This document shows, piece by piece, positions 1 through 11,521 of a stretch of DNA of 64,000 nucleotides; positions within the stretch are counted from its first letter, which is position 1; each line of letters opens with the position of its first letter. A program made the translations under genes and the position numbers. This DNA is from Burkholderiaceae bacterium (lineage in GTDB: Bacteria > Pseudomonadota > Gammaproteobacteria > Burkholderiales > Burkholderiaceae_C): NCBI GenBank assembly GCA_041906185.1, contig JAYRJQ010000018.1:14336-78335 (forward strand). The letters run 5' to 3'. Below the pieces are notes generated by a model. The model made no database searches. It had not been told where the DNA came from and saw only the letters and a list, made by a program, of their open reading frames with translations.

Positions 1-32
1 AGGTTGCGCTCTACCAACTGAGCTATTCCCGC
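1..32 (-). tRNA. tRNA-Gly(GCC), 5' part only (cut by window edge)
   Basis: Bases 1-32 are identical to the corresponding 32 nt of the complete tRNA-Gly copies at 78-153 and 323-398. Confidence 0.8.
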
Positions 33-77
33 ATGGTGCCGACTGCTTTGGTGACAGCCTGCGTTCGGATCGAATGA

Positions 78-153
78 TGGAGCGGGAAACGAGGCTCGAA
101 CTCGCGACCTCAACCTTGGCAAGGTTGCGCTCTACCAACTGAGCTATTCCCGC
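78..153 (-). tRNA. tRNA-Gly(GCC)
   Basis: The reverse complement reads GCGGGAATAGCTCAGTTGGTAGAGCGCAACCTTGCCAAGGTTGAGGTCGCGAGTTCGAGCCTCGTTTCCCGCTCCA. It has a 7-bp acceptor stem, a GCC anticodon in a CTTGCCAAG loop context, a GTTCGAGCC T-arm and an encoded CCA. Confidence 0.93.
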
Positions 154-162
154 ATGTCACTC

Positions 163-236
163 TGGAGGCGCGGTCCGGAGTCGAACCGGACTAACCGGAT
201 TTGCAATCCGGGGCATAACCGCTTTGCTACCGCGCC
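163..236 (-). tRNA. tRNA-Cys(GCA)
   Basis: The reverse complement reads GGCGCGGTAGCAAAGCGGTTATGCCCCGGATTGCAAATCCGGTTAGTCCGGTTCGACTCCGGACCGCGCCTCCA. It has a GCA anticodon, a GTTCGACTC T-arm and an encoded CCA. Confidence 0.92.
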
Positions 237-322
237 ATCACAATCCACGACAAGGTCCTTGGTGGTGACCTTGACGAAAAAGGGAAGCCGGGGCCTCCCT
301 TTTAAATTCGCTTGCAAAATCC

Positions 323-398
323 TGGAGCGGGAAACGAGGCTCGAACTCGCGACCTCAACCTTGGCAAGGTTGCGCTCTACCAACTGAGCTATTCCCGC
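323..398 (-). tRNA. tRNA-Gly(GCC)
   Basis: Sequence identical to the copy at 78-153. Confidence 0.93.
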
Positions 399-494
399 AT
401 GGACTCTGACTAGAGTTCAACACACGTTTGCGAAGACTTCCCACTTTGGCTTTCACCAAAATTTCAGTGTCGCGTCGTTTGCGCTGAAGCTCAG

Positions 495-524
495 ATTATA
501 GACAGAAATTCATGACCCGCGCAA
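495..524 (-). promoter_or_regulatory. sigma70-type promoter of the tRNA Gly-Cys-Gly-Gly array
   Basis: The minus strand reads TTGCGC (519-524), an 18-nt spacer, then a perfect TATAAT (495-500). This lies about 95 nt upstream of the first tRNA-Gly. The -35 element overlaps the lon terminator loop. Confidence 0.5.
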
Positions 525-539
525 GAGTTCGCGGGTCAT
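512..539 (-). terminator. lon terminator hairpin
   Basis: Perfect 10-bp stem ATGACCCGCG/CGCGGGTCAT with an 8-nt loop, 13 nt after the lon stop. The U-tract is short (GAATTT). Confidence 0.5.
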
Positions 540-551
540 TTCATCAAAGTC

Positions 552-2975
<2,424 letters not shown>

Positions 2976-2998
2976 AGAAACCTCTCTTTCTCAAGCCC

Positions 2999-3026
2999 AT
3001 CTGGGGCCCGAGGACCTGATTGCAAG
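2999..3026 (-). promoter_or_regulatory. sigma32 (heat-shock)-type promoter for lon
   Basis: The minus strand reads CTTGCAA-N13-CCCCAGAT, against the remembered consensus CTTGAAA-N13/14-CCCCATNT. It ends 24 nt upstream of the lon ATG. Confidence 0.5.
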
Positions 3027-3123
3027 GCGGGGATCGCGCCCCTTGCTTGCCTTCAGGCCGGTTGTGACTGTGCGCTTTCGCACAGGCAGCCCGACAACAG
3101 GCCGCCGTGCGGGCCGGGACCGG

Positions 3124-4392
3124 TCAGGCGCTGGCCTTGGCCTGCTCGCGGTAGACGAGCAGCGGCTTCGCGTCCTCTTCGATGTTGTGTTCGTCCAGCA
3201 CGACCTTGGCCACGCCATCGAGGGCCGGCAGTTCGAACATGGTGTCGATCAGCGAGTGCTCCATGATGGAGCGCAGGCCGCGCGCGCCGGTCTTGCGGGC
3301 CAGCGCCTTGCGGGCGATGGCACCGAGGGCCGACGAGCGGATTTCCAGCTCGACGCCGTCCATGGCGAACAGCTGCTGGTACTGCTTGACCAGGGCGTTC
3401 TTGGGCTCGGTGAGGATCTGGATGAGCGCGTCCTCGGTCAGCTCACCGAGCGTGGCGACCACCGGCAGGCGGCCGACGAGCTCGGGGATCAGGCCGAACT
3501 TGATCAGATCCTCGGGCTCCACCTCGCGGAACAGCTCGGAGACCTTGCGCTCGGACTTGCTCTTCACCGAGGCGCCGAAGCCGATGCCCGATTTCTCGGA
3601 GCGGTTCTGGATGACCTTCTCGAGGCCATCGAAGGCGCCGCCGCAGATGAACAGGATGTTGGTCGTGTCGATCTGCAGGAAGTCCTGGTTGGGGTGCTTG
3701 CGGCCACCTTGCGGCGGCACCGAGGCCATCGTGCCCTCGACCAGCTTCAGCAGGGCCTGCTGCACGCCCTCGCCCGAGACGTCGCGGGTGATGGAGGGGT
3801 TGTCGGCCTTGCGCGAGATCTTGTCGATCTCGTCGATGTAGACGATGCCGCGCTGCGCACGCTCGACGTCGTAATTGCAGTTCTGCAGCAGCTTCTGGAT
3901 GATGTTCTCGACGTCCTCGCCCACGTAGCCGGCTTCGGTCAGCGTGGTGGCGTCGGCGATCACAAAGGGCACGTTGAGCAGGCGAGCCAGCGTCTGTGCC
4001 AGCAGCGTCTTACCGGAGCCCGTCGGGCCGATCAGCAGGATGTTGCTCTTGGACAGCTCCACCTCGCCCTTGTTCTCCGCCATGTGGCGCAGGCGCTTGT
4101 AGTGGTTGTAGACGGCCACGGACAGCGTGCGCTTGGCCACGTCCTGCCCGATGACGTACTGGTCCAGGCTGGACTTGATTTCGCTCGGGACGGGCAGATC
4201 GGACTTGCTGGCGCGCGGCTGGGCGCCCTCGGCCGGCACTTCATCACGGATGATGTCGTTGCACAGCTCGATGCACTCGTCGCAAATGAACACCGACGGG
4301 CCGGCGATCAGCTTCTTGACCTCGTGCTGGCTCTTGCCGCAGAAGGAGCAGTAGAGGACTTTCTCGCTGGAGTTGCCTTTTTTCTCGGCCAT
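3124..4392 (-). CDS. clpX: ATP-dependent Clp protease ATP-binding subunit ClpX
   Basis: 422-aa ORF with an N-terminal zinc-finger [30 protein letters not shown] and a Walker A motif [15 protein letters not shown]. Confidence 0.97.
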   Translation of the reverse strand: MAEKKGNSSEKVLYCSFCGKSQHEVKKLIAGPSVFICDECIELCNDIIRDEVPAEGAQPRASKSDLPVPSEIKSSLDQYVIGQDVAKRTLSVAVYNHYKRLRHMAENKGEVELSKSNILLIGPTGSGKTLLAQTLARLLNVPFVIADATTLTEAGYVGEDVENIIQKLLQNCNYDVERAQRGIVYIDEIDKISRKADNPSITRDVSGEGVQQALLKLVEGTMASVPPQGGRKHPNQDFLQIDTTNILFICGGAFDGLEKVIQNRSEKSGIGFGASVKSKSERKVSELFREVEPEDLIKFGLIPELVGRLPVVATLGELTEDALIQILTEPKNALVKQYQQLFAMDGVELEIRSSALGAIARKALARKTGARGLRSIMEHSLIDTMFELPALDGVAKVVLDEHNIEEDAKPLLVYREQAKASA

Positions 4393-4568
4393 GGATCTGC
4401 TTTACGGTTCAGGTGGGAGACCTGGGGTGATGATAGTTCAAATGAAGAAAGGGTCCTTGGGCGGATAAGGACCCTCATCCGGCACCAGTTGGCAGCCGTG
4501 CCTCGCGCGTTGATCGCGCCGGGCCGGCAGAAGCGGTCACCGCCGCCCTGCCCGCCCGGGGCCTGCGT

Positions 4569-5177
4569 TCAGGGGCGCTTCTCGATGACCTGGTCGATCA
4601 GGCCGTAGGTCTGGGCCTCGGCTGCCGACATGAAGTAGTCGCGCTCGGTGTCGTTCTGGATCTTGTCCAGCGGCTGGCCGGTACGCTCCGCCATGATGCG
4701 GTTGAGCTGCTCGCGCGTCTTGAGGATCTCGCGGGCATGGATCTCGATGTCCGTGGCCTGACCCTGGGCGCCGCCCAGCGGCTGGTGGATCATGATCTTG
4801 GAGTTGGGCAGCGCGAATCGCTTGCCCTTGGCGCCGGCGGTCAGCAGGAAGGCGCCCATGCTCGCGGCCATGCCCATGCACAGGGTCGAGACCTCGGGCT
4901 TGATGAACTGCATGGTGTCGTAGATGGACATGCCGGCCGAGACGCTGCCGCCCGGGCTGTTGATGTACAGCGAGATTTCCTTGTCGGGGTTCTCGCTCTC
5001 CAGGAACAGGAGCTGGGCCACGACCAGGTTCGCGGTGGCGTCGTTGACGGGGCCCACCAGGAAGATGATGCGCTCGCGCAGCAGGCGGCTGTAGATGTCA
5101 TAGGCACGCTCGCCGCGGCCCGATTGTTCGATGACGATGGGCACCATGCCCAGATTGCTCGTTTCCAGCGCGCTCAT
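4569..5177 (-). CDS. clpP: ATP-dependent Clp protease proteolytic subunit ClpP
   Basis: 202-aa ORF containing the [29 protein letters not shown] and [11 protein letters not shown] active-site Ser context. Confidence 0.97.
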   Translation of the reverse strand: MSALETSNLGMVPIVIEQSGRGERAYDIYSRLLRERIIFLVGPVNDATANLVVAQLLFLESENPDKEISLYINSPGGSVSAGMSIYDTMQFIKPEVSTLCMGMAASMGAFLLTAGAKGKRFALPNSKIMIHQPLGGAQGQATDIEIHAREILKTREQLNRIMAERTGQPLDKIQNDTERDYFMSAAEAQTYGLIDQVIEKRP

Positions 5178-5218
5178 GAAGGGTCCTTGCGGTTGTTTTC
5201 AGCGGGGGATGGCAGGGT

Positions 5219-5246
5219 ATATGGGGTGGGATTATGTCCCGGCAAG
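5219..5246 (-). promoter_or_regulatory. sigma32-type promoter for clpP(-clpX)
   Basis: The minus strand reads CTTGCCG-N13-CCCCATAT, about 40 nt upstream of the clpP ATG. Confidence 0.45.
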
Positions 5247-5314
5247 CCCGGCCCTTCCGGTCTGGGGATTCATTGGAACAACAGGGGCGCACCAGCGACT
5301 CCGAGGCACCAATG

Positions 5315-5344
5315 AAAAAGGCGCCGGCCTCGCGGCACGGCGCC
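5315..5344 (-). terminator. tig intrinsic terminator
   Basis: The minus strand reads GGCGCCG-loop-CGGCGCC followed by TTTTT, about 35 nt after the tig stop. Confidence 0.65.
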
Positions 5345-5377
5345 CTGTCAGCCCCGGCAAGCCGGGACGTCGGCCGA

Positions 5378-6688
5378 TCAGGCCTGGGCCATCAGCTCGT
5401 CGAACGGCAGGGCCTTGTCGGTGACCTTGGCCTTGGCCAGAACGAAGTCGGTCACGTTGTTCTCGATGACAACGGCCTCGACTTCAGCCAGACGCTGACG
5501 GTCGCTCAGGTACCAGCGCACGACCTCGGCGGGCTTCTCGTAGCTCTGCGACAGCTCCTCGATGTGGGCTTGCAGCTGCTCGGGCTTGGCCTGCAGGTTG
5601 TTGGCGCGAACCAGCTCCGACACCACCAGGCCCAGACGCACGCGGCGCTCGGCTTGGGCGGAGAACATGTCGGCCGGGATGTCGACCTTGTCGGCATCCT
5701 TCACGCCACGCTTCTTCAGGTCCTCACGGGCACCCTCGACCAGGCGCTCGGCCTCGCCGGTCACCAGGGCCTTCGGCACATCCAGCTCGGCGGCGGCGAC
5801 CAGGGCGTCCATCACGGCAGCCTTGTTGCGGGCCAGCACGCGGAACTTCACTTCGCGCTCGAGGTTCTTCTTGATGTCGGCGCGCAGGGCCTCGACGCTG
5901 GCGTCCTTGATGCCCAGGGACTTGGCGAAGGCCTCGTTCACCTCAGGCAGGTGCTGGGCTTCGATCTTCTTGACCGTCACGAGGAAGTCGGCTTCCTTGC
6001 CGGCCACGTCCTTGCCGTGGTAGTCCTCGGGGAAGGCGAGCGGGAAGGTCTTGGACTCGCCAGCCTTCATGCCGCGCACGGCCTTCTCGAAGGCTTCGAG
6101 CATCTGGCCTTCGCCCAGCAGGAACTGGAAGCCTTCAGCCTTGCCGCCGGCAAAGGTCTCGCCGTCGATCTTGCCTTCGAAGTCGATGGTGACGCGGTCG
6201 CCGTCGGCAGCCGCTTCGGCAGCGGGACGCTGGGCGAAGGTGCGACGCTGCTTGCGCAGAATCTCGACGGTCTTGTCGATGGCTTCCTCGGTCACTTCGC
6301 TGGAGACGCGCTCCACTTCCGAAGCGGCCAGATCGCCGATCTTGACTTCCGGGTACACCTCGAAGGTGGCGTCGAAGGTCATCTGACCTTCAGGGGCGCC
6401 GTCCTTCTGGGCGATGTTGGGCATGCCGGCGACGCGCAGCTGCGCTTCGTTGGCGGCGGCGTTGAAGGCCTGACCCAGCTTGTCGTTCATGACTTCGTAC
6501 TGGACGGAATAGCCATAACGCTGGGCGACCACGCTCATCGGCACCTTGCCGGGGCGGAAGCCGTCAGCCTTGACCGTGCGGGCCAGCTTCTTCAGGCGGG
6601 TCTCGACTTCGCTGTTGATGTCAGCGGCCGCCAGCGTGAGCGTGATGCGGCGTTCGAGCTTTTCGAGGGTTTCGACGGTGACAGCCAT
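5378..6688 (-). CDS. tig: trigger factor
   Basis: The ORF extends to 6706 from a TTG. The ATG at 6688 gives [19 protein letters not shown]..., a typical trigger-factor N-terminus. An FKBP-type middle domain and a C-terminal arm follow. Confidence 0.95.
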   Translation of the reverse strand: MAVTVETLEKLERRITLTLAAADINSEVETRLKKLARTVKADGFRPGKVPMSVVAQRYGYSVQYEVMNDKLGQAFNAAANEAQLRVAGMPNIAQKDGAPEGQMTFDATFEVYPEVKIGDLAASEVERVSSEVTEEAIDKTVEILRKQRRTFAQRPAAEAAADGDRVTIDFEGKIDGETFAGGKAEGFQFLLGEGQMLEAFEKAVRGMKAGESKTFPLAFPEDYHGKDVAGKEADFLVTVKKIEAQHLPEVNEAFAKSLGIKDASVEALRADIKKNLEREVKFRVLARNKAAVMDALVAAAELDVPKALVTGEAERLVEGAREDLKKRGVKDADKVDIPADMFSAQAERRVRLGLVVSELVRANNLQAKPEQLQAHIEELSQSYEKPAEVVRWYLSDRQRLAEVEAVVIENNVTDFVLAKAKVTDKALPFDELMAQA

Positions 6689-6714
6689 AGTGGACTCTGT
6701 GAACAAAGTGATTC

Positions 6715-6801
6715 TGGTGCGCGGGGTCGGACTCGAACCGACACGCCCGTGAAGGCGTCAGGACCTAAACCTGGTGCGTCTACCAATTTCGCCACCCGCG
6801 C
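6715..6801 (-). tRNA. tRNA-Leu(TAG)
   Basis: The reverse complement reads GCGCGGGTGGCGAAATTGGTAGACGCACCAGGTTTAGGTCCTGACGCCTTCACGGGCGTGTCGGTTCGAGTCCGACCCCGCGCACCA. It has a long variable arm, a TAG anticodon and an encoded CCA. Confidence 0.9.
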
Positions 6802-6943
6802 GAGTGGTTTCAAGGCTGCCGTGGCATCAGGGTCCGAAAACCCCAAGCCACCTCAGCCTCGTGGCATTTCGGCAAACCGGTGATTGTAGCCGCGAATACG
6901 GGCATTTCCCGGACCTAGGGGTTAGCCGCAATCCCTTCCCCCC

Positions 6944-6980
6944 AAAAGAGAAAGGTGCCCGGCCTGTTTCCAGGCGGGCG
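6944..6980 (-). terminator. terminator after RND transporter gene
   Basis: The minus strand reads GCCCGCCTG-GAAA-CAGGCCGGGC followed by ACCTTTCTCTTTT. Confidence 0.6.
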
Positions 6981-7039
6981 CCTCAGGCTCGGCGTCCGGG
7001 CCCGGCGTCCGGCTTTGGCGGCTCAGGCCGCCCGCGCCA

Positions 7040-10000
7040 TCAGAAGCGCGAGGGCGTCGGGAAGCGCGAGCTGGCCTCCGCCGGGCGCATCACGCGGAAC
7101 CAAGCCGCGTACATGGCCGGCAGCGCCAGCAGCGTCAGCACGGTCGCGACGATCAGCCCCCCCATGATGGCAACGGCCATCGGCCCCCAGAACACGCTGC
7201 GCGACAGCGGGATCATGGCCAGCACCGCCGCGGCGGCCGTCAGCACGATCGGGCGGAAACGCCGGACGGCGGACTCCACGATGGCCGACCACGCCGGCAC
7301 GCCGCGCGCCCGGTCCTGCTCGATCTGATCGATCAGGATCACCGAGTTGCGCATGATCATGCCCATCAGCGCGATCACGCCCAGCAAGGCCACGAAGCCG
7401 AAGGGCCGGTTCAGCAGCAGCAGGGCCGCTGCCACGCCCGCGATGCCCAGCGGGCCGGTCAGGAAGACCAGCATGGCGCGCGAGAAGCTCTGCAGCTGCA
7501 GCATCAGCAGGGTGAAGATGATGAACAGCATCACCGGCACGCCGGCCGCAATCGAGCCCTGGCCCTTGCTGCTTTCCTCGACGGCGCCGGCCACCTCGAT
7601 GCGGTAGCCCGGCGGCATCTTGGCGGAGAGCGCCTGCATCTGCGGCCAGACCTGCGCGGAGACGGTCGCCCCCTGCATGCCCTCCTCGACGTCGCCCTGC
7701 ACGGTCACGGCGTAGTTGCGACCCTCGCGCCACATCACGCCCGGCTCCCATTCGAAGCCGACCTTGGCGACCTGCGTCAGCGGCACGGCACGGCCCGTCG
7801 TGGTGGGCATGTAGGCGTTGCCGAGGTCGGTGATGGCGTTGCGCTCCTCCAGCGGCTGGCGCAGGACGATGTCGATGAGCTTGTCGCCCTCACGGTACTG
7901 CCCGATCACGCTGCCCGAGAGGATGGTCCGCGAGGCCTGGGCCAGGCTCTGGCTCGTCACCCCGAGGGCGCGCGCCTTGTCCTGGTCCACGTCCAGCTTC
8001 AGGGCCTTGATGGACTCGTTCCAGTTGTCATTCACGCCGCGCATGTGCGGGTTGGCCTTGAGCAGCTCCTTGGCCTGGTCCGCCCACTGGCGCACGACGC
8101 GGGGGTCCTCGCCCATCACGCGGAACTGCACCGGATAGGGCACGGGCGGCCCGTTGGGCAGCAGCTTGACGCGCGTGCGCACTTCGGGGAATTCGGTCGC
8201 CATCAACTCGGGCAGGCGCTTGCGCAGGGTCTCGCGGGTGACGAGGTCCTTGGGCAGCACGATGGCCTGGCTGACGTTGGACTGCGGGAACACCTGGTCC
8301 AGCGGCAGATAGAAGCGCGGCACGCCGCTGCCCACCCACGTCGTGACGCTGGCAACGCCCTCTTCCTTGAGCATGCGCGCCTCGAAGCGCTTGGCCATCT
8401 GCTCGCTTTGCTGGATGGTCGAGCCCTCCGGCAGCCACAGGTCCACCAGGATCTCGGGGCGACTGGAATCCGGGAAGAACTGCTGCTGCACGCGCGTCAT
8501 GCCGAAGAGGCCCGCGAAGAACAGCAGCACGGTGATGCCGATCGTCTTCCAGCGGTTCTCCACGCACCAGCGCACGAGCGCACGGAAGCGGTTGTAGAAC
8601 GGCGTGTCGAAGAGCTCGTGCGCCTCGCCGCCGTGGCCGGCCTTGGTCTTGAGCAGGAAGGAGCCGAGGTAGGGCACGAAGTAGATCGACACCACCCAGG
8701 AGATGACCAGCGAGGCCGCCGTCACCGCGAAGATGGCGAAGGTGTACTCGCCCGTCGTGGAGCGGGCCAGGCCGATGGGCAGGAAGCCCACCGCCGTGAT
8801 CAGCGTGCCCGTGAGCATGGGCATGGCGGTGACGTCATAGGCGAACGTCGCCGCGTGCATCTTGTCGTAGCCCTCCTCGAGCTTGCGCACCATCATCTCG
8901 ACGGCAATGATGGCGTCGTCCACCAGCAGGCCCAGCGCGATGATCAGCGAGCCCAGCGAGATCTTGTGCAGCCCGACGCCCCAATAGAACATGGTCACGA
9001 AGGTGATCGCCAGCACGAGAGGGATGGTCACGGCCACCACGAGGCCCGGCCAGATGTCGATGCGCAGCGGCCGCGTGTGCAGACCCAGGCTGATGAAGCT
9101 GACGGCCAGCACGATCACCACGGCCTCGATCAGCACATGGACGAACTCGTTCACCGAGCGCGACACCGAGGACGGCTGGTCCTGGATCTGGGACAGCTCC
9201 ATGCCAGCCGGCAGGCCCTTCTGCACGTCGGCCAGCTGCGCCTTGAGCGCCTGGCCCATGGCGATGATGTCCCCACCCTTGGCCATGGAGACGCCCAGCG
9301 CCAGCACCTGCTTGCCCTGATGGCGGACCATGGTGCTCGGCGGGTCGACGTAGTCGCGCTTGATCTCGGCGATGTCGCCCAGGCGGAACTGGCTGGCGGC
9401 GCCGGTGAAGGGGTTGACCGCGCGGATGGAGAAGTCGCGCAGCGCCTTCAGATCGTCCAGCTGGCCCTGCACGCGGATCTGCAGATTGGTGCTGCCGGCA
9501 TTGAGCACGCCTGCGCCCTCGACGGCGTTCTGCGCGCCGATCTGGTTGATGACCTGCGTGAAGTCCAGGCCCAGCTCGGCCAGGCGCTTCTGCGAGATCT
9601 CGATGTAGACCTTCTCCGCCTGGACGCCGAAGATCTCGACCTTCGCGACGTCCTTCACCTTGAGCAGCTGATGGCGCACGCGCTCGGCGTAGACACGGGT
9701 CTCCTCGCGACTGAAGCCGTCGCTGCTCAGGGCGTAGATGGAGCCGTAGACGTCGCCGAAGTCGTCATTGAAGACGGGGCCCAGCACGCCCTGCGGCAGG
9801 GTGTAGCGCATGTCGTTGATGCGCTTGCGGACCTGGTACCAGACCTCGGCCACGTCCTTGGGCGGGGTGCTGTCCTTCAGCTGGAAGATCGTGAGCGACT
9901 CACCCGGCTTCGTGTAGGACCGGATCTTGTCGGAGTAAGGCACTTCCTGGAGCGTCTTCTCGATCTTGTCCGTCACCTGGTCGGCCATCTGCATGGCCGT

Positions 10001-10201
10001 GGCGCCCGGCCAGAAGGCCTGGACCACCATCAGGCGGAAGGTGAAGGGCGGGTCTTCGTCCTGGCCGAGCTGGAAGTAGGCCGCGAAGCCCATCACCATC
10101 AGCACGATCATCAGGTAGCGCGTCAGGGCCGGATGCTCAAGCGCCCAGCGCGACACATTGAAACGGGAGCCAGCGTGGCCCGGTTTGGAGCTCATGGACA
10201 C
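7040..10201 (-). CDS. RND multidrug efflux transporter, inner-membrane permease (AcrB/HAE1-like)
   Basis: 1053-aa ORF with a 12-TM architecture and two large periplasmic loops. The N-terminus is typical (FNVSRWALEHPALTRYLMIVL). The ORF lies directly downstream of a membrane-fusion protein gene. Confidence 0.9.
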   Translation of the reverse strand: MSMSSKPGHAGSRFNVSRWALEHPALTRYLMIVLMVMGFAAYFQLGQDEDPPFTFRLMVVQAFWPGATAMQMADQVTDKIEKTLQEVPYSDKIRSYTKPGESLTIFQLKDSTPPKDVAEVWYQVRKRINDMRYTLPQGVLGPVFNDDFGDVYGSIYALSSDGFSREETRVYAERVRHQLLKVKDVAKVEIFGVQAEKVYIEISQKRLAELGLDFTQVINQIGAQNAVEGAGVLNAGSTNLQIRVQGQLDDLKALRDFSIRAVNPFTGAASQFRLGDIAEIKRDYVDPPSTMVRHQGKQVLALGVSMAKGGDIIAMGQALKAQLADVQKGLPAGMELSQIQDQPSSVSRSVNEFVHVLIEAVVIVLAVSFISLGLHTRPLRIDIWPGLVVAVTIPLVLAITFVTMFYWGVGLHKISLGSLIIALGLLVDDAIIAVEMMVRKLEEGYDKMHAATFAYDVTAMPMLTGTLITAVGFLPIGLARSTTGEYTFAIFAVTAASLVISWVVSIYFVPYLGSFLLKTKAGHGGEAHELFDTPFYNRFRALVRWCVENRWKTIGITVLLFFAGLFGMTRVQQQFFPDSSRPEILVDLWLPEGSTIQQSEQMAKRFEARMLKEEGVASVTTWVGSGVPRFYLPLDQVFPQSNVSQAIVLPKDLVTRETLRKRLPELMATEFPEVRTRVKLLPNGPPVPYPVQFRVMGEDPRVVRQWADQAKELLKANPHMRGVNDNWNESIKALKLDVDQDKARALGVTSQSLAQASRTILSGSVIGQYREGDKLIDIVLRQPLEERNAITDLGNAYMPTTTGRAVPLTQVAKVGFEWEPGVMWREGRNYAVTVQGDVEEGMQGATVSAQVWPQMQALSAKMPPGYRIEVAGAVEESSKGQGSIAAGVPVMLFIIFTLLMLQLQSFSRAMLVFLTGPLGIAGVAAALLLLNRPFGFVALLGVIALMGMIMRNSVILIDQIEQDRARGVPAWSAIVESAVRRFRPIVLTAAAAVLAMIPLSRSVFWGPMAVAIMGGLIVATVLTLLALPAMYAAWFRVMRPAEASSRFPTPSRF

Positions 10202-10212
10202 GGCGGGCCTCC

Positions 10213-11367
10213 TCAGCGCGAAGCGGCAGCGGCGGCCGACGAAGCAGTGGCGGCCGGCAAGGCATCACCCGCGTAGCGACGCACCTTCTGGCCGTCCGTC
10301 AGCACATGCACGCCGGCGGTCACGACTTCCTGGCCCGGCTTCAGTCCGCCGGCGATGACCACGGTGTTGCCGTCGGCCCCACCGATCTGCACCGGCTGGG
10401 CACGGACGGTCATGGCGGCCGGGTCCAGCACCCAGACCTGGCTCTTGCCGCCGCGCTCCAGGATGGCGCTCAGCGGCAGCTTGACGACATTGCCCAGGCG
10501 CGGGAGCTCCCACAGCACGGCAGCGGTCTGGCCCAGCTTGACGTCGCTCTTGCCCACGTCGGCCTTGACCTGGAAGGTGCGGGTCACCGGATCGGCCGCG
10601 GCTGACACCTCACGCAGCTGCAGCGGCTGCGCCTCCTGCTGACCCCACAGCCGCATGCGCAGGGCGCCGGGCTGGCTGGCGGCGGCGCGCAGGCTGCCGA
10701 CCTGGTCCTCGGGGACCGAGAACACCACGTCGCGCGGGCCGTCATGGGCCACGCGCAGCACCGGCATGCCGGCGCCGACAACCATGCCAGGCTCGGCGTC
10801 CACACCGGTCACGACGCCCGGGGCGTCCGCCACCAGCGCGGCGTAGGCCACCTGATTCCCCTGCACGCTGGCCTGGGCCTTGGCCTGGTCCAGCTGGGCC
10901 TGGGCGGCCTTGAAATAGGCATCGCGGCGCTCCAGCTCGGCGGCGCTGATGAAGCCTTGCTGGTGCAGCTCGATGAAGCGGCGGTAGTCGGCACCAGCCT
11001 GGTCGCGGTTGGTGCGGGCGGCGATCATCTGCGCCTGCGCCGCCTCCGAGCCCAGGCGCAGGTCCTGGGCGTCCAGCTGGGCCAGCACCTGCCCGGCGCG
11101 GACCTTGTCGCCCAGATTCACCAGGCGCTGCTGGATCTTGCCGCCCACCCGGAAGGACAGGCGGGACTCGGTGCGGGCGCGGATCTCGGCCGCGAACTCG
11201 CGCGTCAGGCCGGCGGTGCTCGACTCGATCAGCTGGGTGCGCACGGCACGTTCCGGTTCAGGGGCCGCCGCCTGCTTGCCGCAGGCGCTGAGCAGCAGCG
11301 CCACCATCACGGGCAGCAGGGCGGGGAGTCGGGAATTCCGGAATTTGGGCATCGAAGACCTCTTCAT
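10213..11367 (-). CDS. RND efflux periplasmic adaptor (membrane fusion protein), lipoprotein
   Basis: 384-aa ORF. It has a lipobox LLSAC after a signal peptide, followed by coiled-coil, lipoyl and beta-barrel regions typical of the HlyD/AcrA family. Confidence 0.9.
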   Translation of the reverse strand: MKRSSMPKFRNSRLPALLPVMVALLLSACGKQAAAPEPERAVRTQLIESSTAGLTREFAAEIRARTESRLSFRVGGKIQQRLVNLGDKVRAGQVLAQLDAQDLRLGSEAAQAQMIAARTNRDQAGADYRRFIELHQQGFISAAELERRDAYFKAAQAQLDQAKAQASVQGNQVAYAALVADAPGVVTGVDAEPGMVVGAGMPVLRVAHDGPRDVVFSVPEDQVGSLRAAASQPGALRMRLWGQQEAQPLQLREVSAAADPVTRTFQVKADVGKSDVKLGQTAAVLWELPRLGNVVKLPLSAILERGGKSQVWVLDPAAMTVRAQPVQIGGADGNTVVIAGGLKPGQEVVTAGVHVLTDGQKVRRYAGDALPAATASSAAAAASR

Positions 11368-11424
11368 GACGGATCGTGCGGCAAGGCACGGCGGAACGCC
11401 GACGCGGCGGCCGCGCAGTAACTG

Positions 11425-11438
11425 ACTGACCGGTCAGT
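11425..11438. promoter_or_regulatory. perfect 14-bp palindrome ACTGACCGGTCAGT (candidate repressor operator)
   Basis: The palindrome is read directly from the sequence. It lies in the 154-bp divergent region between the RND adaptor gene and hpnC. Confidence 0.4.
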
Positions 11439-11521
11439 AATGTATTGAGCCCCTCCCGGCTTGTCAAACCCCGGATTGGGCGCGCCCGAGCTCCTCCGGC
11501 CGGGCGGACATTGCGGACACA

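Noticed and set aside
144-387. 79-aa and 77-aa ORFs across the tRNA-Gly/Cys array.
   Set aside because: They are composed almost entirely of tRNA gene sequence. The cloverleaf-forming tRNAs explain the region.
1-398. Repeated 76-nt units with short spacers, checked as a possible CRISPR-like array.
   Set aside because: The repeats are complete tRNA-Gly genes interleaved with a tRNA-Cys. Spacer lengths are irregular (45, 9 and 86 nt), and no cas genes are present.
5238-5368. Two copies of the CCCGGCAAGCC(C)GG mini-palindrome in the tig-clpP spacer.
   Set aside because: They are short, GC-rich and partly explained by the sigma32 -35 region. With only two copies in view there is insufficient evidence for a repeat family.
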